A DNA stretch of 50,582 nucleotides from a virus (IMGVR_UViG_3300044718_000018:1-50582); one strand, 5' to 3'. Numbered from the stretch's first letter, positions 7,387 to 15,925 are shown. Numbers and translations are program-made. The notes: generated by a model from the sequence alone, not told the origin.

Positions 7387-8450
7387 TTTGTAAGAATTGC
7401 AAGCTGGCAATAAAACTAATTGGCGAGAACTACTACGCCGTGCGGTTCAATCACGGACGGGGGCATGGTTGCTACAACAGTGATTCAGGAAAGCACGAAC
7501 CAGCGGGGCCAGTAGTAGTCGTACCGCAAGATTACTGTCCCAATTGCCTAAGTGCTAGCCGTGAGGCGCGTTTGCAGCCGATAGCAACGATGCAACGGCA
7601 TAATCCTCCGAGAACTCCATGCACTGACTCTTGGCATGAGCAGGCAGCCCCAGCCGATAGTACGCCGCCCAAGGGGAATAGGACTGCTTCGGGAATTGAA
7701 GCGTTCAAGCAACAGCAATATCTTAAGCCCGAGTCCGGGAGTACGCGCCCAGAGTCCGATTATGAATTGGACGATAGAAATGCCGGCAGTAAGCGCACGC
7801 ACAAAGTAGTTTTTGATGGAATGTCGGAGCCGGTAGAAAATACGCGCACGGAGCCGCTGAGTGGAAATTATCAATTGCTTCAAGATTCAACAGATGATGC
7901 TGCACGAATGGAAGCAGCGCGCTTAGATCGCTACATGCGCTATGCCGCAGCGCCACGTACTCAGGGGAGCGAACCGGAACACGCGCATCCGCCGATTCCT
8001 GCATACCTGACCAATCCAACAGTATTTGCTGATGCCAATTTAGGCACTGCAATGATTGCGACTTGGAATAAAGAGCAGTGGGTATTCAGGATCGTTAATG
8101 GCGGCTGGGTGTCTTATCGCCGCACAGACCCATGGTTCATTGATACTAGCTGCCCCGGATGCATAAGCGATAACGCACCGCATTTCGCAAAGTGCACAAC
8201 CCCCAAAAAGCCCGTCAATACCGATACCTCTAGCGGAGATTTCCAGAAAGCGGTTGCGGCCCAGCCTCAGCCAGCTCCGCGTCCAAACTTAGAATTGATT
8301 TCAGCGGCGATATGCAAAGAGGTTTACGGCCCATACATGGCAACGGTGGATGCTGGACACCGTGAAATCGCCGTCAAGTCCATAGTAAAAATCTTGGAAC
8401 CGTTCTTCACCGCCATCCCAGCCCAAAAAAGAGGAGAAATAATTGAATAG
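7383..8450 (+). CDS. mosaic accessory protein with Ala/Gln/Pro linkers
   Basis: 355-aa ORF; several short Cys/His modules separated by EPAGP, QAAPA, AAAP and AAQPQPAP linkers. Confidence 0.75.
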   Translation: MICKNCKLAIKLIGENYYAVRFNHGRGHGCYNSDSGKHEPAGPVVVVPQDYCPNCLSASREARLQPIATMQRHNPPRTPCTDSWHEQAAPADSTPPKGNRTASGIEAFKQQQYLKPESGSTRPESDYELDDRNAGSKRTHKVVFDGMSEPVENTRTEPLSGNYQLLQDSTDDAARMEAARLDRYMRYAAAPRTQGSEPEHAHPPIPAYLTNPTVFADANLGTAMIATWNKEQWVFRIVNGGWVSYRRTDPWFIDTSCPGCISDNAPHFAKCTTPKKPVNTDTSSGDFQKAVAAQPQPAPRPNLELISAAICKEVYGPYMATVDAGHREIAVKSIVKILEPFFTAIPAQKRGEIIE

Positions 8451-8649
8451 ACTCGTTGCTTTTTGGAAAGCAGATATAGCTCTGGGTAAGCGCCAATTTT
8501 GGCAAGTAATTCACCACATAGTTGCCCATCCGCTCATCGGTTTATCCGGTGGCAGGTTATGGGCCTGGAAGTTTCACGATTGGACTTTGCCGAAAGCATG
8601 GCCTGATCAAAAACATGAAGTTGCTCAGAGATGGGCGGGACTGGAGTAG
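8443..8649 (+). CDS. hypothetical protein
   Basis: TTG start after GAGGAG; H..VAHPL...HDWT...AWP. Confidence 0.7.
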   Translation: MNRLVAFWKADIALGKRQFWQVIHHIVAHPLIGLSGGRLWAWKFHDWTLPKAWPDQKHEVAQRWAGLE

Positions 8650-8651
8650 AT

Positions 8652-8900
8652 ATGTCGTTTTTATCGGAATATCGTCGAGAAATTAAGCCCAGCAGTAGCA
8701 AAATAGATGCCTTTGGGCGTATGCATTATTACGCTGCCAACGGGGAAGAGGTAATCCGTGTTCTAAGTATAGCTGCTTGGGCCGGGGAAGGCGGGATGGT
8801 CAATTCCAATTATGGAACCTATCCCGGAGAATGGGTTTACAAAAGTACTTTTCATTACCGGGATAAAGGAACGCAGGGAGTCAACCGCGACAGAAAGTAA
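8652..8900 (+). CDS. hypothetical protein
   Basis: GGAG RBS before ATG 8652. Confidence 0.6.
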   Translation: MSFLSEYRREIKPSSSKIDAFGRMHYYAANGEEVIRVLSIAAWAGEGGMVNSNYGTYPGEWVYKSTFHYRDKGTQGVNRDRK

Positions 8901-8988
8901 AAAAAGTTTAGCTAATCCAAACCACATGGCTCCGCGTGTTGTGTTTGACGCACTCCGTTTCGCGGCCTGTAGGCACAGATGAGGAGAA

Positions 8989-9456
8989 ATGGAGCAAATG
9001 AACTTTGAATCGATTGCAAATGAGATTATTGACCTCGATTGCATTGTTGAAGTACGCGATTATGCAAGTGCAGAGATTGTTTCTGTGCTCAAGAAGCATT
9101 TCTTGGCCAACCCAGCCGCACAGCCCGCGCCGGGGTGGATCAGCGTGAAAGAAGTAAAGCCGGAGCGCGGAGAGTGGTATTGGGTCGTAATCGGCGGACA
9201 CGTCCAACATCAGGCCGCAAAGCTATTGCTCAATGATGAAGATGATTTGATATGGGCATGGGCCGATGAAGACGCGGATTGCGCTCCGGGTGAAATAGTC
9301 ACGCACTACAAGCCCATTGGCGCTGCCCCACCTGAGCCCGCGCCGGGGGACACGAAGTGTAAATGTACGCATAGCTGGGGCGATCATGGCGTTACGAATG
9401 GCGGGCCTAAGCCATGCTCTCTATGTGGCTGCAAAGATTACGCAATAAATAAATAA
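8989..9456 (+). CDS. mosaic protein with DUF551-like (WISV.E..P...VTHY) domain
   Basis: GAGGAG RBS; WISVKEVKPE...VTHYKPI; C-terminal C.C.H...H...C..C.C module. Confidence 0.7.
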   Translation: MEQMNFESIANEIIDLDCIVEVRDYASAEIVSVLKKHFLANPAAQPAPGWISVKEVKPERGEWYWVVIGGHVQHQAAKLLLNDEDDLIWAWADEDADCAPGEIVTHYKPIGAAPPEPAPGDTKCKCTHSWGDHGVTNGGPKPCSLCGCKDYAINK

Positions 9457-9514
9457 AAGTAGCGCGTTAATTCTGGCGGCTATGCGCAGTATGGTCAATG
9501 TAGAGGTGCTGAAA

Positions 9515-9757
9515 ATGTACTGGTTTGTGTTCGAAGCTGGAGAAGAAGACGAGTATAAGGTAGACCATCTGCATTCCTACTCAGATGCGGTTAAGGATGC
9601 GCAGGCAGCAGGGCAAACTAGCCGCCGACCTAAGCGATTGACTGCTGGATTTTATGAGCTTAAGGGCGCTTCCCGCAGCTACTACATTGCCACCGAACAG
9701 GGTATGCGGCAAAACGGGTATGGCGATCTATTGCTAAACAAAGGCGAGACACATTAG
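9515..9757 (+). CDS. hypothetical protein
   Basis: GAGGTG RBS before ATG 9515. Confidence 0.65.
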   Translation: MYWFVFEAGEEDEYKVDHLHSYSDAVKDAQAAGQTSRRPKRLTAGFYELKGASRSYYIATEQGMRQNGYGDLLLNKGETH

Positions 9758-9782
9758 TGTGCGCGCCGGGGGAGGAGTAACC

Positions 9783-9998
9783 GTGAGCGAGATAGAAGAA
9801 CTTTGTATGCAGCTTGAGATTAAGGCCACTGGTGCGAATGCCCACACAGCGAGTAAAGCACGTACCTATCTACGTAAGTTTGCGACATCTCCTGATTTGT
9901 CGGCAGGGGCGCTAGATAGATTCGTTGTGTTGGTACGCAAGGCGATTTACAGCGGCGAATGGCAAGCCTTGAGCGACAGGATGGCTAGATGGTGGTAA
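9783..9998 (+). CDS. hypothetical protein
   Basis: GGAGGAG RBS before GTG 9783. Confidence 0.65.
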   Translation: MSEIEELCMQLEIKATGANAHTASKARTYLRKFATSPDLSAGALDRFVVLVRKAIYSGEWQALSDRMARWW

Positions 9999-10039
9999 GC
10001 GAGGCCGCACCCCCAGGAGCCCACAAGGATGGCGAGTAA

Positions 10040-10342
10040 ATGGACTTGTGGAGAAGTTCTCAAAGTCCGTGCCATGACTGGTATTGGCACTATCCTGAAT
10101 TTCCTAACGGCTGGTCGCCACTGGTGAGCGATCATTCACAGGCAAGCGCTCCCACGCGGCCCACGAGCTATCAGGTATCGGCGGCTTCACGGCATCAACT
10201 TGTGCAGAGCGCGGCATATCCAACACTGGCAGAGGCCAAGAGTGCGGCAATTCTATTCGCCATGGAGCAGAGAGACGCGGAAGAAGTATATGCCGAATGG
10301 ATTCGATTTCACGAGGAGCGGAGGAAACCGAGCGATGGGTAA
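10040..10342 (+). CDS. hypothetical protein
   Basis: 100-aa ORF; YPTLAEAKSAA motif; overlaps next start. Confidence 0.6.
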   Translation: MDLWRSSQSPCHDWYWHYPEFPNGWSPLVSDHSQASAPTRPTSYQVSAASRHQLVQSAAYPTLAEAKSAAILFAMEQRDAEEVYAEWIRFHEERRKPSDG

Positions 10343-11330
10343 CCCAAAGTGCCACTACCAGGGAGCGGATGGAGTAGTCTGCGGCCAGCCGAAAGCACCA
10401 ATAGACAGACGGCATAACTTTGTTGAGGCATGGGAGGTGACGATAGAGAATCACCCATTTCAGCCCGAGCCAGCCGCACAAAGCGGAGAACAGCCGTGCA
10501 GGTTCAAGATTGGTGAGCGGGTGCAATGGCGTGGGCAGCTTGTTGACATGTGCCAAGGAACCATCATGCGGATTACCCATCCTGAAAACAGCGGTTACGT
10601 GCTGCATTTGAAAATAAGTGATGACGTTGACGATTTCCCGATTTCTGAACAAAGTGTAGAACTGTCTCAAATGTGCCCACATGGCCATACAGCGGATATT
10701 CCCTGCATTGAATGTGAGCCTGCCTATCCAACACGAAACGAAGCGCAGCCGGAACCTTCCGCTCCCGATGCCACAGCAGAGCGTTTGCAGCAGATCGCAG
10801 AACGGGAAGCCCTCGCGACCAAGGGGCCATGGGCTGGCGACAGCGTTACTGTTAACAATTGGCCGAGCGACGTAGATCAGCCAGAAGTATTGATGGAATG
10901 GCTTTGTAATGGCGATGGAGTTGTGCACACAGGCGACGAGCCATATGCCAATGCTGAACATGATGGTCAATTCATCGCCCATGCACGCTCCGACATCCCC
11001 TACCTGCTCAAGCTGGTAGAAGAGCTGCGCCAGAAAATTAACGAGAATCGCGGCAAGCTGATTTGCTCATTCTGCGGAACAATTCATAGCTACGATCCAG
11101 AACAGGAGCACGGCATGGTGGATGCTGTTCTGGCACACATCGAAATTTGCGAAAAGAGTCCGCTTGTGCAATTGCTTGATGCGAACCGAGAAAACCTGAA
11201 CTTGAAGGCCCGAGCAGAGAAGGCAGAAGCAGAGCGGGATTCTCTATACAAGAGAGTTGAAGAATTGACGCGGCAGCCTATTACAGCAGAGGAAAACGCG
11301 AAGCTGGTCACCCCGCCGGCAAAGCCCTAG
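10335..11330 (+). CDS. mosaic protein with Ead/Ea22-like module and coiled coil
   Basis: GGAGGA RBS before ATG 10335; ATKGPW...DGQFIAHARSDIPYLL; CSFC...H...C; AEKAEAERD. Confidence 0.8.
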   Translation: MGNPKCHYQGADGVVCGQPKAPIDRRHNFVEAWEVTIENHPFQPEPAAQSGEQPCRFKIGERVQWRGQLVDMCQGTIMRITHPENSGYVLHLKISDDVDDFPISEQSVELSQMCPHGHTADIPCIECEPAYPTRNEAQPEPSAPDATAERLQQIAEREALATKGPWAGDSVTVNNWPSDVDQPEVLMEWLCNGDGVVHTGDEPYANAEHDGQFIAHARSDIPYLLKLVEELRQKINENRGKLICSFCGTIHSYDPEQEHGMVDAVLAHIEICEKSPLVQLLDANRENLNLKARAEKAEAERDSLYKRVEELTRQPITAEENAKLVTPPAKP

Positions 11331-11662
11331 TGCCAAACAAACTTAAACAGCAGTTGAATTGAAACCTGAAGCGCAGCCAGTCCGCCGGCTGCCCATGCAA
11401 TGTTTCGCTCTACGCTCCGCAATCGTCGTTCATGGTCCTGAGACGTGGCCAGGTCTGCCTTATGTGAGCGCATGTTCTCCATGGTGGCCCTCAGTAGCGT
11501 TAGATCGCTCTGGGCTGCCTTTTCTGACCATAGGCGCGCACAATCTGAGCGAAGGCCTTGAATATCGGTTGTTTGGACTTCTTGCAAGGTGACAATGCGG
11601 ATGAGTAAATCGTGGTCTGTGTAGCCGTCGAAGTTGCGCGCTGTTTTCTGTCCGGTTTCCAT
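11327..11662 (-). CDS. coiled-coil protein with C-terminal TM helix (XhlA-like/holin-associated candidate)
   Basis: DHERRLRSVE followed by hydrophobic IAWAAGGLAALQVSIQLLF. Confidence 0.7.
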   Translation of the reverse strand: METGQKTARNFDGYTDHDLLIRIVTLQEVQTTDIQGLRSDCARLWSEKAAQSDLTLLRATMENMRSHKADLATSQDHERRLRSVERNIAWAAGGLAALQVSIQLLFKFVWH

Positions 11663-11760
11663 GGGCTGTAGGGTTTCCTTGGGTTTTGAGAGTTGCTGGA
11701 ATTGGGTTTCGCTTTTAATTCGGTATAATCATCGGCCCGTGGGTTACTTTGGGCTGAACT

Positions 11761-12006
11761 CTGAAATACGGTACCTGGTCTGTCACCTGTAAACGGTGCC
11801 GGGAAGCAATCAACTTTGCGCTGTATGATTCGGATGGCCGGCAGTATGACAAGATCGCCTGCGTGGTGGCAGTTGAATGCCCCAGGTGTCACGATCGGCG
11901 GCGCTATCTGCACACTGAAATATGGAAACACAGGATTTCTGAGACTTCCAAAATATCCCTGAAGTATGTGGTTACCGAGCCGCTGTTTATTAAGATTGGG
12001 CAATGA
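11761..12006 (+). CDS. zinc-ribbon protein (81 aa) with CTG start or frameshifted 5' end, not in ORF track
   Basis: LKYGTWSVTCKRCREAINF...VECPRCHDRRRY...KIGQ*; TATAAT at 11724-11729. Confidence 0.6.
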   Translation: MKYGTWSVTCKRCREAINFALYDSDGRQYDKIACVVAVECPRCHDRRRYLHTEIWKHRISETSKISLKYVVTEPLFIKIGQ

Positions 12007-12030
12007 AAAACCCGCCGTGATTTGGCGGGT
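12006..12030 (-). terminator. intrinsic terminator between convergent genes
   Basis: ACCCGCC-7 nt-GGCGGGT stem with U-run on minus strand. Confidence 0.7.
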
Positions 12031-12056
12031 GGAAAATCGTTTGTTTGTTAAATGTT

Positions 12057-12401
12057 CTATGAGGCGTGCGCGTGCACGTGTCCCGGCCTGCGCTCTTCTA
12101 TCTTCAGTCCTGCGCATATGGAAGCCATTACAAGCTCAAGGGCGTGTTTCGCGCTTGCCATCCGATAGCGCCAAAGCAGCTTCCTTTTAAAACTACTTGC
12201 GTTTTGAATCGTCAGTCCGTAAAGGACTTCATTTTCATAATCGACACGTGCCAAAATCTGTCCAGGGAATCCGAGCATCTCCCCGACATCAATGGTTGTT
12301 ATTTTGGTGCCGGGCGCTGGAATTTTTATATCCACAAACATAAGATCCGTGGATTTGTTGTGCTCCAGGGTCATGTCCTCGCGTTTTATTTTTTGGGCCA
12401 T
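12057..12401 (-). CDS. DUF2283-like putative antitoxin
   Basis: GGGAG RBS before ATG 12401; (H)NKSTDLMFVD...RVD....LYGLTIQNAS. Confidence 0.65.
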   Translation of the reverse strand: MAQKIKREDMTLEHNKSTDLMFVDIKIPAPGTKITTIDVGEMLGFPGQILARVDYENEVLYGLTIQNASSFKRKLLWRYRMASAKHALELVMASICAGLKIEERRPGHVHAHAS

Positions 12402-12739
12402 AACGTTCTCCCTTTGGGATAGCAACCCTTTTCTATTCCATATATCGTCGAAATCTGGCGGCGCTTTAACCATCCGTGCTTAATGGCAACCAAGGTCCAA
12501 GGATGTTCGCCGCAGGCCAGATTGTAAATCGCGTTCTCAGAACGCTGCTTTTTATTTTCAATGACAATATGAGGTTCGCTGAGTGATGCTTTAATCGCAT
12601 CAACAATAAAGGCAGCCTCATAATGATACCGGAGAATATGATCCTTAAGCGTCTGCCGGTCAAGTGTTACTTCTCGGCCTTCCCAATCACGCGTTGTCCA
12701 AACAATTTCCTTCTTCTTCAGACGTACTAACCCGTGCAA
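12386..12739 (-). CDS. PBECR2/RelE-like (BECR-fold) putative ribonuclease toxin
   Basis: D.EGR.V.L......HI...H.E.....I...L.EP..V...Y...T.Y...KG..LW.K pattern; overlaps partner gene. Confidence 0.65.
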   Translation of the reverse strand: MHGLVRLKKKEIVWTTRDWEGREVTLDRQTLKDHILRYHYEAAFIVDAIKASLSEPHIVIENKKQRSENAIYNLACGEHPWTLVAIKHGWLKRRQISTIYGIEKGCYPKGRTLWPKK

Positions 12740-12751
12740 GGTTTGTATGCA

Positions 12752-12779
12752 ATTATAGTGCCCAAACGTGATCCCTTAA
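12752..12779 (-). promoter_or_regulatory. promoter candidate for TA operon
   Basis: TATAAT (minus strand, 12757-12752) 12 nt upstream of TTG 12739. Confidence 0.5.
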
Positions 12780-12984
12780 TTGTCATACACTTAGACACCT
12801 TAGCAGGGCGCAATAATAACAGAAAATGTGACAATTTGACCATTTTGGACAATTGTTTTCCCCGGCGAATCAAAAATACGACCAGGCACGGTGGGGTTTC
12901 ATTTTTGGGAACTTTTTGATTCTCTAACAATCCAGAGACAGCCGCTTACCCTTAATTTGCTCTGCCGTGCTATCATTTCGCCCC

Positions 12985-13143
12985 ATGAAAGCCTTGATCG
13001 TCTTTGTGCTCTGCCTGGAATCCTTTGTGCTCGCTCCACCACGTAAGGTCTGTACTCACGGTTGCGAATCCAAATATTGCAAGAAAGCCAACTGCGGAGA
13101 TAAGTGCAAGGGTAATCCGTGCCATGGGTGCTGGAAAGAGTGA
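12985..13143 (+). CDS. small secreted Cys-rich peptide, 52 aa: MKALIVFVLCLESFVLAPPRKVCTHGCESKYCKKANCGDKCKGNPCHGCWKE
   Basis: Manual translation; extended -10 TGcTATCAT 8 nt upstream; hydrophobic N-terminus. Confidence 0.65.
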   Translation: MKALIVFVLCLESFVLAPPRKVCTHGCESKYCKKANCGDKCKGNPCHGCWKE

Positions 13144-13184
13144 GGTGAAATCAGCTACTCACCTGTGATACCATTCCCGGCGCT

Positions 13185-13400
13185 ATGAAAGCTCGAGTTT
13201 TGGTAGTTCCATGCAAAACGCCCGGTTGCACTACTGACCTTTCTCTTCAAAAAACCTTGCCAGCATTTGATTCAAGTCAGGCGTATAAGGTGCTGGTTAA
13301 AACCATACTTCCACATCCTGGTCAACTGCTGTGCCCAACGTGCGGCCAGATTCATGAATATGTTAATGAAGAAATTACCGAGAGATTGCAAGATCTATGA
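13185..13400 (+). CDS. zinc-ribbon protein
   Basis: CKTPGC...CPTCG..H.Y; TGaTACCAT 10 nt upstream. Confidence 0.7.
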   Translation: MKARVLVVPCKTPGCTTDLSLQKTLPAFDSSQAYKVLVKTILPHPGQLLCPTCGQIHEYVNEEITERLQDL

Positions 13401-13582
13401 GCCCATGGAAAATAATTCAATCAACCGGGCCAGTAGGCCCACGCGCTGAATCTGGCAATGCTCCTAGCCGCATGTTTAAAACTAGAGAAGAGGCCGAAAC
13501 CGCGAGGACTGAAGAGTACGGCGATCCGAAAGGCGAACGTTACAGCATCGAAGAAGTTGATGAAAACGGCTTCCTCATATAG
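13397..13582 (+). CDS. hypothetical protein
   Basis: ATGA overlap; FKTREEAE motif. Confidence 0.6.
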   Translation: MSPWKIIQSTGPVGPRAESGNAPSRMFKTREEAETARTEEYGDPKGERYSIEEVDENGFLI

Positions 13583-13586
13583 TTGG

Positions 13587-13982
13587 CTATTTCAAATTCC
13601 AGTGCCACGATTCGTCACCGTTCGTATACTTCAATTCTCTAAAGCCGAGCGCGATCATCTCAGCCCTAAGCACAGCATTTTGCCCAATCTCGCGTGCGCG
13701 GACTCTTCCGGCTAAAGCGTCTTCAATTACCAGGGTGTCTGCTTTTACTCCCGTTGTCACGGTGCGTGATTCTATTTTCATATCAAGCAACTGGCTGTCT
13801 AGTTTTTTGGCGTAGGCTTTTCGCGCTGCTATCTTTTCCGGCTCAGTCAGTTTGGGGAGTGGCGCTGATGCCGCATTTGCTGTAGCTATCTCCACCTGCC
13901 TGTTATTGAGGCTGTTTTCGACTATCACGCCCAACCCAACCACAAGCACGATGCCCATGCCGAGAAACCCTAAAATCTTCAT
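13587..13982 (-). CDS. membrane-anchored exported protein
   Basis: GGAGGA RBS; N-terminal TM helix. Confidence 0.8.
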   Translation of the reverse strand: MKILGFLGMGIVLVVGLGVIVENSLNNRQVEIATANAASAPLPKLTEPEKIAARKAYAKKLDSQLLDMKIESRTVTTGVKADTLVIEDALAGRVRAREIGQNAVLRAEMIALGFRELKYTNGDESWHWNLK

Positions 13983-14028
13983 TTCTTTCCTCCCGAAGTC
14001 CAGTAGCTTACATCAGAGTACCGGGAAT

Positions 14029-14229
14029 TTACACGGCAACTTTTACGGCAGCGGATGATTCCACGGGATCGCTCACCGTGATTGTGCCAACCTGGACGGT
14101 CTTAACCGTCTGGTAAATGGTGAACGGCAGCTCGCCGGGGCGGCCCTGACAGTAGGCAATTGCCGCGTCAACTGTGTCAAACTCATCAGGATAGAGAAGG
14201 GCTTGCGCTTTGCTGGATACCTTGAACAT
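14029..14229 (-). CDS. hypothetical protein (MFKVSSKAQ...)
   Basis: AGGAG RBS before ATG 14229. Confidence 0.65.
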   Translation of the reverse strand: MFKVSSKAQALLYPDEFDTVDAAIAYCQGRPGELPFTIYQTVKTVQVGTITVSDPVESSAAVKVAV

Positions 14230-14297
14230 ATAGCTCCTAACGGGCGAACAAAAATAGAGGCTTGACCTATACACCTAAAATGCACATACTATGCACC

Positions 14298-14435
14298 ATG
14301 AAACGGGTTCCTTTTAACGCTAACGAAAAAGATGAGTCGCGGCTAGAAGATCTGACAAAGAAGCTTGGAATTACCGTGACCGCTGTTATTCGTGAAGCAA
14401 TTCGAGATATGCACAAGAAAGAGATAGGCAAATGA
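14298..14435 (+). CDS. ribbon-helix-helix (CopG-like) regulator, 45 aa, not in ORF track
   Basis: MKRVPFNANEKDESRLEDLTKKLGITVTAVIREAIRDMHKKEIGK; TACTAT 5 nt upstream; ATGA-coupled to next gene. Confidence 0.8.
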   Translation: MKRVPFNANEKDESRLEDLTKKLGITVTAVIREAIRDMHKKEIGK

Positions 14436-15115
14436 AAGTTATACGTGCAGTGCTGCTCATTCTGTTCTCGTCTCTGAGTCTGGCTGCTCAAAACCTATAT
14501 TGCACCGGTGATACCTGCACGTCTTCTCTGCCGGATGGAAACGTTATTACATGCCGCCACTATCCAAATGGTGAGCTAGAATGCTTCGACTCTACAGCCG
14601 ATGTTAATTTTCAGGCATGGCGGAAGCGACAGATTGAATCATTCCGCAAGCCAGGCATGACTGACAAACAAGCTGAAGCGGCTTTTGAAGCAGCTATGAA
14701 CAAAGAGCCAGCATCCGTTCTCGCGGCACGCCATGAGTTATGCAATAAAGGCATCTTAAAAGCTGACCGCTGTGATTTCTCAGAAGATCACTCTCTGGGA
14801 TACAAAAAGCTTGAAACCCCGTCGCCTCGCTATTCTGAAGGAACGCCGGATGAATTAGCAGCAGCAGAGAAAGACGGGAAGGCGTCCAAATGCATCATCA
14901 ATATCTATCCAGACGGTGCCGATGTTTATCTGGACGATGTGAAGATCGGCGTTTCTCCGCTGCCACTTCTTACGCTGACTCAGCATGAAAAGCCGAGAGC
15001 ATTGCTTATCAAGATGACCGGCTACAAGGATGAATCTCTAGCAATCAACCCCGATGGGTCCATTAAATCTATCGGAGTTTCTCTAAAAAAACAGCAAATT
15101 GCAGACCACACCTAA
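14432..15115 (+). CDS. secreted protein with C-terminal PEGA domain
   Basis: Signal peptide ...SLAA|Q; I...PDGADVYLDD..IG.SP...IK..GY. Confidence 0.8.
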   Translation: MKVIRAVLLILFSSLSLAAQNLYCTGDTCTSSLPDGNVITCRHYPNGELECFDSTADVNFQAWRKRQIESFRKPGMTDKQAEAAFEAAMNKEPASVLAARHELCNKGILKADRCDFSEDHSLGYKKLETPSPRYSEGTPDELAAAEKDGKASKCIINIYPDGADVYLDDVKIGVSPLPLLTLTQHEKPRALLIKMTGYKDESLAINPDGSIKSIGVSLKKQQIADHT

Positions 15116-15191
15116 ACAATAACGGCCAGCCCGGATGCTTCAACATCCGAACCGGCCTAACCGTAACTCGGGGTGATAAGGACCCCAAATC

Positions 15192-15779
15192 ATGGCTAAA
15201 AATATTTTACTCGCTCTTGTCATTTCTTCCGCGCTGTTTCTTGGCTGCGGATCATCTACACTTTCACAACTCAATCCAATCAACCCACCAGCCGTTAGCG
15301 CGTCATCTCTGCCCGTTGGCTGCGATGCGACAGGAACCTGCGTTGGCACCGTGAACCACACCTGGGGGTATTGCCAGTACAGCGTCTATCAGACTGCTCA
15401 AACTTTTGTTCTTGCACTGGAAATCGGCATTTCTTCCACTCCAACAGACCCCAGCGATTCACTCTGCTATGTGCCGATGGCTACAGGTGGAATCATAAAA
15501 TCAATCAGCGGCAATACAAACTATGTGCCGTGGACTGCCAACCTGAGCAGCATGTTCCTTGACGTTCGCGCCTGCACAAATGTGGGCTGCACATGGCCAG
15601 CCGGACAAGAGCACATTGCCTCTCAGAAATATATGGTGAAAGGCGCGCCACAATCTTTGCCTCTATCTGGTTCATTCACAAATGGCATCAGCACAAATGG
15701 CTTCATGGTGGTTTTTAACGATGATCTTAATGTTAAGCCCACAACCATCAGCGTTGCTTTTGCTGGAACTTTTCAGTAG
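15192..15779 (+). CDS. lipoprotein, Cys-paired beta-rich
   Basis: Signal peptide with LFLGC lipobox. Confidence 0.8.
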   Translation: MAKNILLALVISSALFLGCGSSTLSQLNPINPPAVSASSLPVGCDATGTCVGTVNHTWGYCQYSVYQTAQTFVLALEIGISSTPTDPSDSLCYVPMATGGIIKSISGNTNYVPWTANLSSMFLDVRACTNVGCTWPAGQEHIASQKYMVKGAPQSLPLSGSFTNGISTNGFMVVFNDDLNVKPTTISVAFAGTFQ

Positions 15780-15790
15780 CATTCTCGACA

Positions 15791-15925
15791 ATGAAATGGC
15801 TGCTTATTCCCGCCGTGATTCTGTCTTATGGTGCAGCCTGTTCCGCATTTCTCAAGCTCCGCTTCGCTCTGATAAAAGACGAAGCGGAGAGGATTGAATC
15901 TCTCGCAAGGTTCGGTGGCAATTGA
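15791..15925 (+). CDS. small membrane protein (MKWLLIPAVILSYGAACSAF..., 44 aa), not in ORF track
   Basis: Manual translation; TAGCAT 8 nt upstream. Confidence 0.5.
   Translation: MKWLLIPAVILSYGAACSAFLKLRFALIKDEAERIESLARFGGN

Noticed and set aside
10104-10982. 292-aa minus-strand ORF
   Set aside because: Antisense shadow of plus-strand genes with recognisable motifs and RBSs.
11500-12117. 205-aa minus-strand ORF
   Set aside because: Crosses a terminator and overlaps three better-supported genes; no motifs.
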